From: Blasia pusilla
Taxonomy: Eukaryota
Assembly (NCBI GenBank): GCA_050084515.1
Contig: CM114271.1
Span: 31,992,001-32,056,000, forward strand
Direction: 5' to 3'
Length of the DNA: 64,000 nt
Positions 50,460 to 63,244 of this stretch are shown here, one piece after another (position 1 is the stretch's first letter; each line of letters starts with the position of its first letter). A program made the translations under genes and the position numbers. The notes under the pieces are model-generated. The model made no database searches. It was not told the DNA's origin and worked only from the letters and a program-made list of their open reading frames with translations.

Positions 50460-52650
50460 TGTCGTGCACATACACATCGCTACACAACATACATACATAC
50501 ATACATACATACATCGTTGTCAACGAACATACACACAAACACGCACGATCCCATGCTAACTCATGGCATCCAAATAACGAGACAAGAAGTACCAAAATAT
50601 CTCCAATAAATCAAGTAGATCTCTCTCAACATTTCACACCAATCTCTCCATGGTGTGCACTCTCTCTCATGTCAACCCAAACCCACTCTCCTAATGAGAG
50701 GCTTGGGTTACACACACAAGGCAAGCAAGACCATAGCTTTGCCACTTCATGCCAAGAGATTCAACAAAGAGAGAATGAGCTCTCAAGCTCTCTCTCTTGG
50801 AGGTATATCCCCTTCCCTCTCCCAAGCTCTCTCCTCAGTAACCTATGCTCGCAGGTCATCTCCTTAGATGCCATATGCCACTTTCTTGAATACCCATCAT
50901 ACACTAGCATAGTGGCTGCACCATGGGCAGAGCCGCACAACATGCATCGCAAGCTTGCACGAACTACTGCTAAGCTCGAATCAACTGTACCGTCAATGTT
51001 AGGAAGGTGACCTGACGCACAATTATGCACATGGTCCTTCCAAACCATACCATTACATCCCTCCAATAAGAGGATACCAGATGGCTAAACCTCACGCACT
51101 CTCAAGATAGTGCGCCCTATATTCACGTCCAACGTCGTAGATGCCGTCTGTTGCAAAATAGACATAATCTCTCTGATGAAACCTCCGAATAGTAGGTTGA
51201 TAATCACCTTCTCGAATAGCTGCATACCTCAACATATCCCAATGTTGCGCAATCGCCAAGTTCTCAAACGCCATGGGCATCACTCTCCAAAACAACTCAG
51301 CCCTCTGAGAGCATGCTCGCATCCATACATCAGGGTCATCAAGGTTCAACACCTCACCTACATCTTGATGAATGGCCGAAGGTAAATCTGGCACTCGGCC
51401 ATAAAGTAGCAAGTACGGTGAGAAAGATGTATGTTTGCTGAATATGTATCTCATCGCCAACTGGAGGTCCCAATCTCCTAGGTGACCTCTTTGCAAGCCA
51501 TAATTGCACAATCCTCTCTTCACCGTCTGCACAACCCTCTCCGCTAGTCCATCCGCCTTAGGATGATCCCGCAAAGTGGTGAGGTGGTTGATCATCGCCT
51601 AATCACACAAGGCCTGAAACTCCCCACAAAACTCTGTACCCTGGTCTATCAACACCTCAGCTGGTGCGCCGTAATGACTCAGCACTTTATCTAGGAAGGC
51701 ATACGCTACTCCCTCACTCGATTTGTCACGCAATGCAACCAAATCTATCCACTTCAAGAAGTGCTCGACCATCACCAACACATAACGACTATGGCGCTCT
51801 GTCAAAGGTAACGGTCTTGCAAAATCCAAACTCTATCTATAACCTAAACCCATGATCGAAAGTGGATGCAACTATGGAATCGGAGCATTGAACGATGCCC
51901 ATACCCAATCACAAACCATGCACATGGCAACAAACTGTTGAACGTCAGTCTTCATACCTCGCCACCAATACTATATCTGGAGCAAGTTGTACGTCCGCTT
52001 TACTCCAAAATGACCCAACTCCTCGTGGACATGACGTACCAAACATGCTCTCTATGAAGGATGAGGCACTACACATATTCTACCATCCTCCCAAACTTGC
52101 AACACATGTGTCCCCTCCCACCGGAACCGTCTGGCTAGCTGTAGGATCTGATCCCATTCTCTAGCATCCACTGTGCTCGCAACGCTGCTAGTACGCAAGT
52201 ACTCCAAGAGCACTCCATCGTCGTGCATGTCTCGGCCATCTGTCGTCTCCTCACCTGCCTCTGGATCTAAGGACTCTCCATCAGACCTCGCCATCGAAGT
52301 CTCAGCAATCTGGCTCTCTATGGCCAACAAGCCCAAATAGGATGACGCATGTCATCCTGGCATCAACTCCTCATCACTCTCACCATGCCAACGAGCTCTT
52401 GTCGCATCTCGCTGACTCGAGCATGGGTTAAGGCTCAAACCATCTGCATCTTGGTTGAGCGTCCCAGGTCTATGCACCACCTTGAAGTCATACTAGTGCA
52501 ACAAAAGAGCCCACCTCGCAAGCTTCCCTGTAAACTTGTCGGACTCCATCAACCACTTAAGTGGTTGATGATCAGTAATGATGGTAAAGGGGTTTCCGAG
52601 TAGTTAACACCTAAAATGTGTGACAACCCACACCGCATCCGAGCACTCTT
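50460..52650 (-). mobile_element. Gypsy-type family 2 copy: RNase H, integrase, truncated PHD, B'-A' terminus
   Basis: DFARPLP, IDQGTEF, DHPKADGLAERVVQT; a deletion joins PHD to B'; ends ...GCACGACA at 50460. Confidence 0.88.
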
Positions 52651-54100
52651 GTAATGTACAACTCAAGGAAAAAGATACCCTTTCTATCGAAAAGTATTAA
52701 GTTTGTTCCCAAGAGACCACTATTTCCTGAGTAAAGAGAGGCTTTATAAGAAATAACAAGAATAAATTCTATCTTCACTTAAAACGATTCACTAACTCTA
52801 ATAACTCTAACTTCACGAAGGTAAAGAAAAGATAAGATGGTCTTCTTTCCTCATAGAAAAGACTCTTCTCAAGTGTAGAGAAAGACTCTTGTGAATCTGC
52901 AATAACAAAACTCCACACAGACCTCAAAGAGACCTCGAGAATGGAGGCTCACCCTACTTTCAAAACTAAATCTGTCATGCCAGGTTACTCACTGTCTAAC
53001 AACTTTCCTACGCTTCTTCTTGATTATCTTTTGGGATTCTGAAACTACAAGACTCAACTCTCATCTCTACTATATCCCAATAAGATCTACATTTGATTCC
53101 GCACATTAGAAAGAATGAGAGAAGACTCTTCTTTACATCAAAGAGTGGAAAGAACTCGAAAGTAGAACAAGCTTCTGATAGCTTGGATCATCCCCCAACA
53201 AAACTCCTTACCCCCTCACCAAGATTACTCGTAAACTCAAGATACACAGAACTATATTGAGGAGTTCAAGATACAAGGGAAAATAATGATCCCTTCTTCT
53301 GCTAATTGCTCTTTAAATAGTATTTACAATTCCGATTAGTCTTCCTATTCTAATCTAGATTTCTAATTGATAATCATAACTCTTTGATTCTAATTCTCCA
53401 ACCCTCCATCTTGCTAAGACTGTTCATTGTCTTGGCGTTTCCTTTTCGCTCCCTTTTAAACTGCTGTAACCGCCATGACTCTCCCATTGTAGCTTCCAAA
53501 ACTGCCGCAATAGTTCAGTCTTCATAGATTTCGCGCTCTTCGCAGTTCTTCGCAAAGACTCTTCCTAGTCTTTGTAATCTTTATCTTGGCTATCCTATCT
53601 TCGCGCAAAGATTTATATCCTTCTACCATTGTGAAGAGTCTTTATGCACTTTCCTTCAGCTTTCTTCCAAACATTCTCTATCTTTCTATTCCTCTTTTTG
53701 ATACACTTGTCCACTTTTGTGAAGACTCTTTAACCTCTTCCGCTTCTTCCTCTTCCTTCTTTGAGTTCTTAGTCTTTGCTCTGGAGTCTTCATCCTTGTT
53801 TTCAAGTCTTTGTACAAAGACTATCTTCCATCTCCTTTACAAAGAAGCTTTCCTTTAGTCTTTGTTGAGAGTCCTTTACATTGTTCTTTCTACAGTCTTC
53901 CTTGCGAAGCACCCACAATTCCTCTAACTTCTTTTCCTATCTTTTCCTACTTTTACACAATTCTCACTCTTCCAAGACAGTCCTTAATCTTCTAACATCT
54001 CTTTTCCTCTCATGAGAGTTCTGTCAATTACTCCTCTCACACAATTTCAGTAAAGTAAGACCCTTTACTTCTAGTAAAGGGTCTTGTAAAGGGTCTTACT
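52651..54100. other. Unclassified low-complexity (CT-rich) insertion ending in a hairpin
   Basis: Interrupts the gypsy on the left and a LINE monomer on the right; recurrent AAGACTCTT words; no recognisable domain. Confidence 0.35.
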
Positions 54101-55412
54101 TTGAGAGATTTGAGTTTCTACTTTTCTAGATTTCAGGATTTCAGATGTGAATCTTGCGGAGGCCATATCTTTGAGATGGAATGTTCAATGGAGCTGAAAT
54201 TTTAAGGAAACATGGAATGTAAGGAGACGCCCTAGCCCTGCAAATTGCAATCATAAAAAAGTTACACAGACGAAGTTGTGAAAGATTTGAGTTTCTGCTC
54301 TTCTAAATTTTAGGATTTCATATCTGAATCTTGCGGAGGCCATATCTTTAAGTTGGATTGCTTTATGGAGCTGAGATTTTGAGACAACGTGGAATGAAAA
54401 GATATGCCTTAACCCTAAAAATTTCAAGCATAATGAAGTTACAAAGACGAATTTGTGAGAGATTTGAGTTTCTGCTCTTCTAGATTTCAGGATATCATAT
54501 TTGAATCTTGCGGAGACCATATCTTTGAGATGGAGTGTTTTATGGAGCTGAGATTTGGAGGAAACGTGGAATATAAGGAGATTTCTTAGTCTTAAAAATC
54601 TTAAGTACAACAGAGTTACACAGACGAAGTTGTGAGAGATTTGAGTTTCTGCTCTCTAGATTTAAGGATTTTAGATCTGAATCTTGCGGAGGTCATATCT
54701 TTAAGGTGGAGTGTCATATGAAGCTGAGATTTTGAGAAACGTGGAGTGTAAAGAGGAGCCCTAGCCCTAAACATTGTAAGCTCAAATGAGTTACATAGAC
54801 GAAGTTGTGAGATATTTGAGTTTCTGCTCTTCTAGATTTCAGGTATTCAAATCTGAATCTTGCGGAGGCCATATCTTTGAGGTTGAGTGTCATATGAAGC
54901 TGAGATTTTGAGACAACGTGGATTATAAGGAGGAGCCCTAGCCTTGAAAATTGCAAGCACAACTAAGTTACACATAACAAGTTGTGAGAGATTTGAGTTT
55001 TTGCTCTTCTAAATTTTAGGATTTCAGATCATAATCTTGTAGAGGCCATATCGTTGACGTGGAGTGTCATATGAAGCTGAGCTTTTGAGACAAGATGGAA
55101 TGTGAAGAGGTGCCCTAATCCTGCGAATTTCAAGAACTACCAACTTCTAGAGTAGAAGTTGTGTGGTGTTGGAGATTTGGTTATACTTTATTGGAGGTCG
55201 TGCAATATCTAGGATGTAGTGACGTCGACTACATGATGACTACTCAAGACGATATCTTGAATCTAATGCAAGTGGTCTTGCATGAATTGAAAGAGTTTCA
55301 AATATAATTCAAGGTATAAACTTCTCAATTAAACCTTGCACATATTCAAATCCGAGAGTTAAAGGCAACGCAAGAGGTTTTGAATTAAGTGTTGAAAGAT
55401 AGTTTGAGTGAT
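54101..55412 (+). mobile_element. Older LINE 5' end: about 6 diverged ~177-bp monomers plus ORF1 start
   Basis: GTTACACAGACGAAGTTGTG recurs at ~54261, 54438, 54614, 54790 and 54967, then MTTQDDILNL. Confidence 0.9.
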
Positions 55413-58053
55413 ATAAATGGTAAATAATAAATGGTAAATAGATCAAGCCCGTGGGACCCAAAGGGTCAAAAGGCTGAAAAACACATTACAAGTCATTCAT
55501 TGACTGACCTTGAAAAAGATCCTTAAGACATTCTCCTAGCTACAACCTAGAGCACTTGAGCGATGAATGATGACGTCCCTAATATAACAACCTAAATCAT
55601 AAGGCACTAGCTGTAGTAAAGAATAGAAATTCTCCACATCTATTTTATGAGCTAGTCTTATTTCTCCATACCTTGGACATGTAACAAACACATGCTCTTC
55701 ATCCTCAATATTTTTTCCGTCACATATATGAGACCCAGTTCTATGATGTGCGATAATATGTCGTAAGAACGTGGAGATCCCCGCAAGTAGGTATCCTTGT
55801 TCACAATATACAAGCATAGGATTAACATGAAGTTGATAAAACTCCATTTTGGTGCCCGCACTGCTCCAAATGATGTTGAGAGATTGCTTCTGTAGATGCT
55901 CACGGAGGGCCATCGGTTTCAAGTCCCAATCGCGTTCTGCCACATTCCTCTTTGAAGACCAAGTTACCACATCCGCCATCCACCCTATGGAACGTGTGGC
56001 TCGCAAAGCTTGATAAGGGAGGCGAGAAACATCAAGAGATCTCACCCTTGCGATGTAAGTGATGGTCAAATAAAGAGCTTCAGCTTCTAGAGGAAGAAAA
56101 CTTGTTTCCGCAAGAAGAATAGCATACGGAGTTTGGTTTTTTACACCCAATTCTTCTTGTAGAAAGATCTTTTGCACTCTTTCCACACGCTCCCAACCTG
56201 TCTTCTTACAACTAGGGCCCCAAACTTGGGTCCCATATAAGACCACCGGTAACACTAAGCTCCTAAATAAGAATTTCCTTAGACTCCAAGACACAAGATG
56301 AGCTCTTCTACACCGGTTTAAAAATGAATATAGAGCTTTGTAACCAGCTTCTACTCTCTTTTGCACGCAAAGTGCCCAACTATAGTCATGAGAGAAATCG
56401 ATGCCTAAATATTTGTAACTCTTCACTTGTTCTAATTGTAGACCTTTGTAAAAGAACGAGAACTTGGATCTAGTACCCACTATAATGACTTTAGACTTGT
56501 CCATATTAACCTCCATCTGATTCTGGGTACAAAACCTTGCCAAAGTGTCGAGGTGCTTTTGTAAACTAATGCCATCACGTGCTAGTAATATGATATCATC
56601 TGCATACAATAGAGCTTTGATGACAAAGTCCCCAAGCTTGACCCCTTCACTATCACATTCCTCCAACCACTTTTCGATATCATCTATGAAAACTCCAAAA
56701 AGTGTAGGGGAGAGAGGGCAACCTTGAATGACTCCAATGGTGCTCAAGATCTCTTGAGTTTGTGAACCTTTGATCTTGGCCCGAACGGAATGGTATAACG
56801 TGGCCACATCTGCTAGGAGATTTTGTGGAACTCCAATGGCTTGCAGCCTTTCCCATAAGAGCTTGCGAGGTACAATATCAAAAGCTTTCTTGAAATCGAT
56901 GAAGTCGCAAAACAAAGCTTTTCCATTGCCCTTAGATTTCTCCCATAAAACACGCAAGGCCAAGATATGATCGATGGTGTTGTATGTTGGACGAAAACCA
57001 GCTTGGACCAGTGCTCTCTTTTGGAAAGACTCTGTCCATGTGCTCAACTTCGACTCCACCAATTTCCCAAACAACTTGGCAAAAACACTACCCACCATGA
57101 TAGTGCGATAGTTTGTTACCAAGTCCTTCCTTCCTGATTTGTGAATAGGGACAATCTCCCGTAGCGACCAGGTTGAAGGAAAACCATAGATAACAGCATC
57201 ACCCAATAATTTGGTGAGGATCGGTCCAATACAATCTCCTCCCCGCTTGAAAAGTTCAATAGAAAGACCATCCAAATAGAAAGACCATCCAAAGCAAAGG
57301 TGAAGTCTTTCTAGCTGGAGATTTCAATGCTCGCACACGTATTGCTCAATTTACCCAATTCTGTGATTTCTTGATTTCTCCTCTTCTCGAAGAATATGAG
57401 GATGGTTTATGGTCTAGAATCTCTTCAAATCTTTCTACAAATCCTTTGACAGAGTATTTTTTAACCTTTGGAGCCACTTGTAATTTGAAAGTTCTTAATG
57501 GAACCTCTCATTTTCCCAACTCTCACTCCAATACGTGTTTCTCCTCTACCGGCGCTAGCACCATCGATTATCTTTTGTCATCGCCCGTTGATAGCTGTCT
57601 TATCTCTACATTTGATATTCTAGAACCTCAGCCTGAATCAGATCATGCACCTCTCTTGTTTACTCTCTCACTGTCAAAGGAAATTCTTCTCTCGACATGT
57701 CAATCTATTTTAGCTTCTCCCAAGTTTCGCTTAGATCCTGGTAAAAAAGATCTTTATATGCTACATTTACAAGAACACTTGACTCGCATTGTATGGAGCC
57801 CTAATCCAAACACGGCAAGTATGCAACTAACGGAATTGCTCAAAAACAGTGCATCTAAGTTCTTTTCGCGCCACTGGGATAGAAGTGCTAGGAGGCTGCC
57901 TTATAATGGGTGGTTTGACTCTGAATGCAAGCAAGCAAGGGCACGAGCAGCTGATAAATCTTTGGATATCCCAAGTCGGCTTATTATGACGAGCCTTTAC
58001 AAATACTTGGTGAAATCTAAGAAACGAGCTTTCTTGCGGCGAAAACAAGAGTC
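55413..58053 (-). mobile_element. LINE copy 9 with an inverted 5' segment
   Basis: Minus-strand RT ORF 55536-57275 with tail at 55413; plus-strand endonuclease/linker piece ~57290-58053. Confidence 0.93.
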
Positions 58054-58610
58054 AAGGTCAACTAGATGACAACAAACAGGGCTTTTCGGTTTACTACGCC
58101 GGACGGCAACTCTCTTCGGCGGAACAGAAATATACAACCACCGAACGAGAGGCGCTAGGCATGGTCTTCTCGTGTAAAAAGTTTCGACACTATTTATTGG
58201 GTTACGAATTTATTGTCCATGTCGACCATTTCGCGCTCAAACCATTAATGGTAAAGGCGGACTTGTCCGGTCGTATTGCGCGATGGATCCTTCTGCTCCA
58301 AGAATTCAGATTCGATGTGGTTACCCGTGCCGGCAAGGTGCATACAAATGCCGATTTTCTTTCCAGGTTAAGGATGACGAACACGGACCTCACCCACTCC
58401 GTCAATGATACCTTTCCCGACGAAGACCGGTTGTGCAAGTCCTTTTATGAGGATATTTTGCGTTTCTTAATTACTTTGCAACTTCCAGGCCCCATGACAG
58501 CGGAGGAGCGCGCAGTTTTCTTACATAAGATAGGACCATATGAGATATGTCAGGGGATCCTATTCAAATTAGGTGCGGATGAAGAGTATCGACGATGCTT
58601 GGAAGCAGAC
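58054..58610 (+). mobile_element. Host gypsy RNase H region
   Basis: YYAGRQLSSAEQKYTTTEREAL..FRHYLLG..DH..RIARW..NADFLSR. Confidence 0.9.
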
Positions 58611-59400
58611 TACCGGACGCGGAATAAGTGCAATAGCCTCCACCTTTGCTTGCTGAACTCCCAAACCATTTGGATAGATCACATGATCCAAGTACTCAAC
58701 ATCCTCATGGAAGAACTTACACTTTCCTGGATGCAAACGTAGACCATGAGCTTTCAACCGCTCAAACACCATCTGCAAATGTATCTGATGCTCCTCCACC
58801 GTGTTACTGAACACCTAGATATCATCAATGTAACACCGAACAAAATCCAACCCTCCTAGGATCCTGTGCATCACTCTCTCAAACTCGGCAGGTGCATTCT
58901 TCAACCCAAAGGGTAAGAATTTCCACTGGTATAAACAATCCTTGCCATGAGAGTTGACACCCCAAAATGCTGTCTTGGCCTTGTCACTCTCCCGAATCGG
59001 AAATTGATGGTATCGTGCCCGAAGATCCAAAGTACTGAAAATCTTTGCGTGTCCCACCACATCAAAGATCTCCTCAAGTGTAGGCATGGCATACCTATCG
59101 GCCTTGGTTTGCCGATTGATAGGACGGTAATCTCCACACATCCGCCTATCCGTGTAGTTGCCATGCATATCCTTTTTAGTAGGCATGACAGTGGCTGATG
59201 CATACTCTCCATGCGACAACTCCACTAATCCAGCCTCCAAAAGGTCAACATCCTACTCTGAATCAGTTCCCTCTCCATATCACTATATCGGTAGGGACGA
59301 CGGAAGATTGGCGTATCACTAGCCAAATCAATCCGTATACCGGGTCCAATCAGAGAACCCAACTCCTTCATGCTAAAAGCAAAACAACTCCTATAGCACG
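58611..59400 (-). pseudogene. Gypsy reverse transcriptase, directly downstream of the DNMT domain
   Basis: RMCGDYRPIN, LDLRARYHQ, PFGLKNAP, YIDDI. Confidence 0.93.
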
Positions 59401-59559
59401 TAGGAACTGTGTCAAGCGTCGTTTCTCACCTCCCGTAAGCTTGGGCCCAAGTAATGGCTCCCAAGTCTCCTCCACTGGCACACTAGAGGGAGAGGACGAT
59501 GCCATTGGCTGCTACGCAACCCCCTCACAAGATGGTACATCCTTAGCTACACCATCATC

Positions 59560-60505
59560 TTAGCAAATAACTCCTTCAGCAGCATGAGCAACCAACTCCA
59601 CATGCCCGGCCATTACATCCCATTTACTCCAAGGATGCAAAATACTACTCTCCTCGCCCCCAGCCGATGCTTCTACCGTCCCGGTAGCCATCGAGCTCAT
59701 TACAAGGGGTGGAAGACCCACAGACATAGTCCGAAGTCGACGCTGCTCGGCCATACCAAGACTCAAAATCCAAGTCAAACAATTCAGGTCCATGGCCTGA
59801 CCCAACACATGACGTCGTGAAGCCTCAGAAATAGAAGCAACCGCTGTCACACCAGTAGCAAATCCCATCGCACGCTCTCTCTCTCATCAGCGTTAGGCTC
59901 CACCAACTATCGCACATGAGAATCCCATACAAGCCCCGGACCACCTTCCCTGTAGGCATGTGACGAGGGAAAACTCACAAATGTGGGTAGTGCCATCCTA
60001 GGCTGGCCCACACGGTTCACCACTGCCATGGATGACCGATCAATAACCCTCACCACCTGAGAAAGTCGCCCAGTATCCAAGATACTATCCACTGTAAGGC
60101 AAGGATCCCGCTGCACTGCATCATATGCTCGACGTAGAACCTCCCTAGGCCATAAGTTTGTCCAGCACAAGCGTGGACAATGTGCACGCGAGCCAACTCG
60201 CGCTGCATCCAACAACACCGCTGGTCCAATCCAAGACCGCACCTCATGAACACTCGCCATCATCCGGGTCCGAGTGTCACCCAACAATGGAACATTCTCC
60301 AGAATGTAAGCTGGAGCACGTGCCTGATGAACCTGAAGATGTCGTAACACCCGTAACATCTCCCAAAACAATCGAGACCTAGGGTCGTGTAATCCCTTAC
60401 CACGACCTGCACGTGTATGAACCTGACATGGGCACCCAGCAATCACCAAATCCACAGGACCAACCCTCTCAAGGTCCTGCGCCCCCAACAATGCAATGTG
60501 TGACA
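59560..60505 (-). pseudogene. C5 cytosine DNA methyltransferase domain within gypsy pol
   Basis: VDLVIAGCPCQ (motif IV, catalytic PC), DPRSRLF, YILENV (VI), SRAHCPRL (degenerate VIII), ERAMGF (IX), RRHVLGQAM (X). Confidence 0.9.
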
Positions 60506-62324
60506 GACGCCCCCTGATCGGTCTCCTCAAGATGGGCGCGGACGTCAACCTGTCCTTGAGCAACTGAAATGCTCGCTCTTGCTCATCCCCCCAGTGCCAT
60601 TCGTGATCCACCTTGGTCAGCAAGGTTGGCGGCTTCGCAGTCGAACTGAATCCCTTGACGTTCCGCCGCTAGAAGTTTGCCAATCCCATGAATGCGCAAA
60701 CACAACTCACATTTGTAGGGCGTGGAATGCGTGAGATAGCCTCTACCTTTGTCTGTTGAACACCAAGGACCCTTGGGTATATTGTATGACCCAAGTACTC
60801 AATCTGGTCGTAGAAGAACTTGCACTTTCTTGGATGTAGCTTCAGCCTAAGTAATTGCAATCGTCGAAACACCTCCTCTAGATGTCGCTCATGCTCCTTA
60901 ACCGTGGCGCTAAAGACTACGATGTCATCAATATAATACCTAGAAAAATCCAAACCAGCCAAGATCCTATCCATGACCCTCTGAAACTCAACCGGGGCGT
61001 TCTTTAACCCAAATGGTAAGAACCGCCACTGGTACAAACAATCCTTCCCGTGAGGATCGATGCCCCAAAATGTTGTCTTTTGCATGTCCTCCAATCTGAT
61101 AGGCAGCTGATGGTATCTAGCTTGCAAATCCAATGAACTGAAAATCTTTGCGTGACCAATTGCATCAAAGATCTCCTCAGGGGTGGGCATGGCATACCTA
61201 TCGAACTTCGTCTGCCGATTGATAGGTCGGTAATCCCTACACACCCGCCTATCCGTCCAGTTGCCATGCACATCCTTCTTGGCAGGCATGACAGTGGCAG
61301 ATGCATACTCCCCATGCAACATCTCTACTAGTCCTAGCTCCTAATCTGAATCAGAGCCCTCTCCATATCACTATACCTGTAGTCACCAACCAACTAGACC
61401 CTCCGGTCCGCTGTCCACCATAGCTAGTCCGCAAAATTTTGATCGACAATTACTTCACAAAAAATCAGCTACAACCGAGCTCTGTACTCCGAGCTAAAAA
61501 TCAGACAAACTTGCTGTCCATACACCTCCAGAATCGCAAATCCGACAGCGCTTCCGCCAAGTTTCATGCGCACAAAAATCCGCAACGCTCCACACACTCG
61601 AGCAGATAGCTTCACATGAGATCACAATACAAGTAGCAATAGGAACCTCTCACCCAATCTAGATGAACTTCAACAGAGCTTCCGCACTCCAAGCTCTCCA
61701 CATCAGAAAACCGTCGAACACGAACCAGAATCTTCAATCCTCGATAACTTCCAACTACCTTGACGAAATCCGGCAATCTAAGACGCCTTGGAAAGCTCTT
61801 AGCAAGGCGCTTCCTTCCAACCAACCACGCACCAGATTCACACCTCCAACATAGGCCACAAGCCACGAACATCCATGGCTGAGTACACAATCAGCCCTAA
61901 CAAGATCCTACTGATCTACAATCGAAGCTACCATCGATCTACTCCAGTTCTTTGAGTGAAATCCGTGAAAGACCTACTATCATAAAACACATATACAATC
62001 ACATACAATCGAGCCAAACCCACTCCACGATGGGAGAATCTAGGTCGAAGCTTGCGGGAAACACCATAGCCAAGAGCTCTCCTCACTACCAAGGCTAACT
62101 CCCAACGCAACAGGTTCAAGTCAAAGAACTGACTGTTCTTTTAGCGCACTCCACCTTATATCCTCCAACATAAGAGCGGGCCCTACTGGGAAAGTCACCC
62201 CCAACTGAGTAACCCCCAACCCTATGTATGAAACCGCTTCTCTACCAAGCCACTACGGTCCTACATAAGGAATGGCCTCTAATAGCACACTATACCCTAC
62301 GACATAATCCGTATGGTCATGACA
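60506..62324 (-). mobile_element. Gypsy-type family 1, 5' half: terminal B repeat, leader, (gag deleted), RT and connection domain
   Basis: B 61957-62324 starts TGTCATGAC; RT ORF 60669-61322 with YIDD; flanked by the GCAG TSD shared with 32326-32329. Confidence 0.9.
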
Positions 62325-63046
62325 CTGCCCATTGGAATTAGTAAGTGATCGGGGCACTCACTTCTTAAACAAGACTATTGAGTCTCTCACTTCCCACTTT
62401 TTGATTAAGCATCGGAAAACCACGCCCTACAACCCTAAAGCCAACGGGTTGACGGAAAAATCTAACGGCCTGATCTGCCGGATATTGAATCGATTGACGG
62501 TCACCTATTCCTATGATTGGGACATGAAAATCTCCGCGGCATTGTGGGCATACCAAACAGCGGAGAAGGTCACGACAAAGCATACCCCGTTCTTCCTGAC
62601 TTATGGCGTTCATCCCTTAACCCCTATTGAATGGGCTTTGCCCACTTATCGAGTACTGGAAGGAACGAGAACGGAGGCCGTCAACAAAGTTTTCCAAGGA
62701 AGGAATGAGACCTTAGTTGCGTTGGAAGAAGCACGCACGTTGGCGTTACGCTAGACGAAACAGGTGCAAAAAGCACGCAAACAACGTTACGATCGACATC
62801 TCCGGCCACAATCTATAAGCGTGGGAGACTTGGTGCTGTTGTACGATAACCGGCGACTCAAGTTCCCCGGAAAATTAAAATTAAATTGGATGGGGCCCTA
62901 CTGGGTATTGGCCATCTATGATAATGGATCCCTAGAGTTGGGGACCTTAAAGAGAGAATCCCTGCCCACGCGGGTCAATGGAATGCATGTGCGTCAGTAT
63001 TATGAGCCTCAACCTTATGCGGACTGAAACAGGAGGAAGGGGGGTA
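62325..63046 (+). mobile_element. Host gypsy integrase C-half and purine tract
   Basis: CPLELVSDRGTHF, YNPKANGLTEK, TPFFLTYG, GDLVLL..KLKLNWMGPY; AGGAGGAAGGGGGG after the stop at 63027. Confidence 0.9.
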
Positions 63047-63244
63047 AGCGAATGCCTCTAGCTTCGTAGCTTAGCGAAGAGCAAAGAGCAAAGCAGGACG
63101 AAGTGAAAAGCGAAGCAGCAAAGCGCGACGGTTCTTGAAGAGCGAAGGGCGAAGCGCCAAACTAACTGTTGCAGTTCCAACGCCAACAACAACAGCCAAG
63201 CGGGGACTATATAAGCGTCCTTATGGAACCAGACAGGTCATTTC

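Noticed and set aside
59907-60623. 238-aa ORF as a natural RT-connection/DNMT fusion protein
   Set aside because: The switch at ~60505 is a junction between two element pieces; the copy at 20131-20340 continues normally into RNase H
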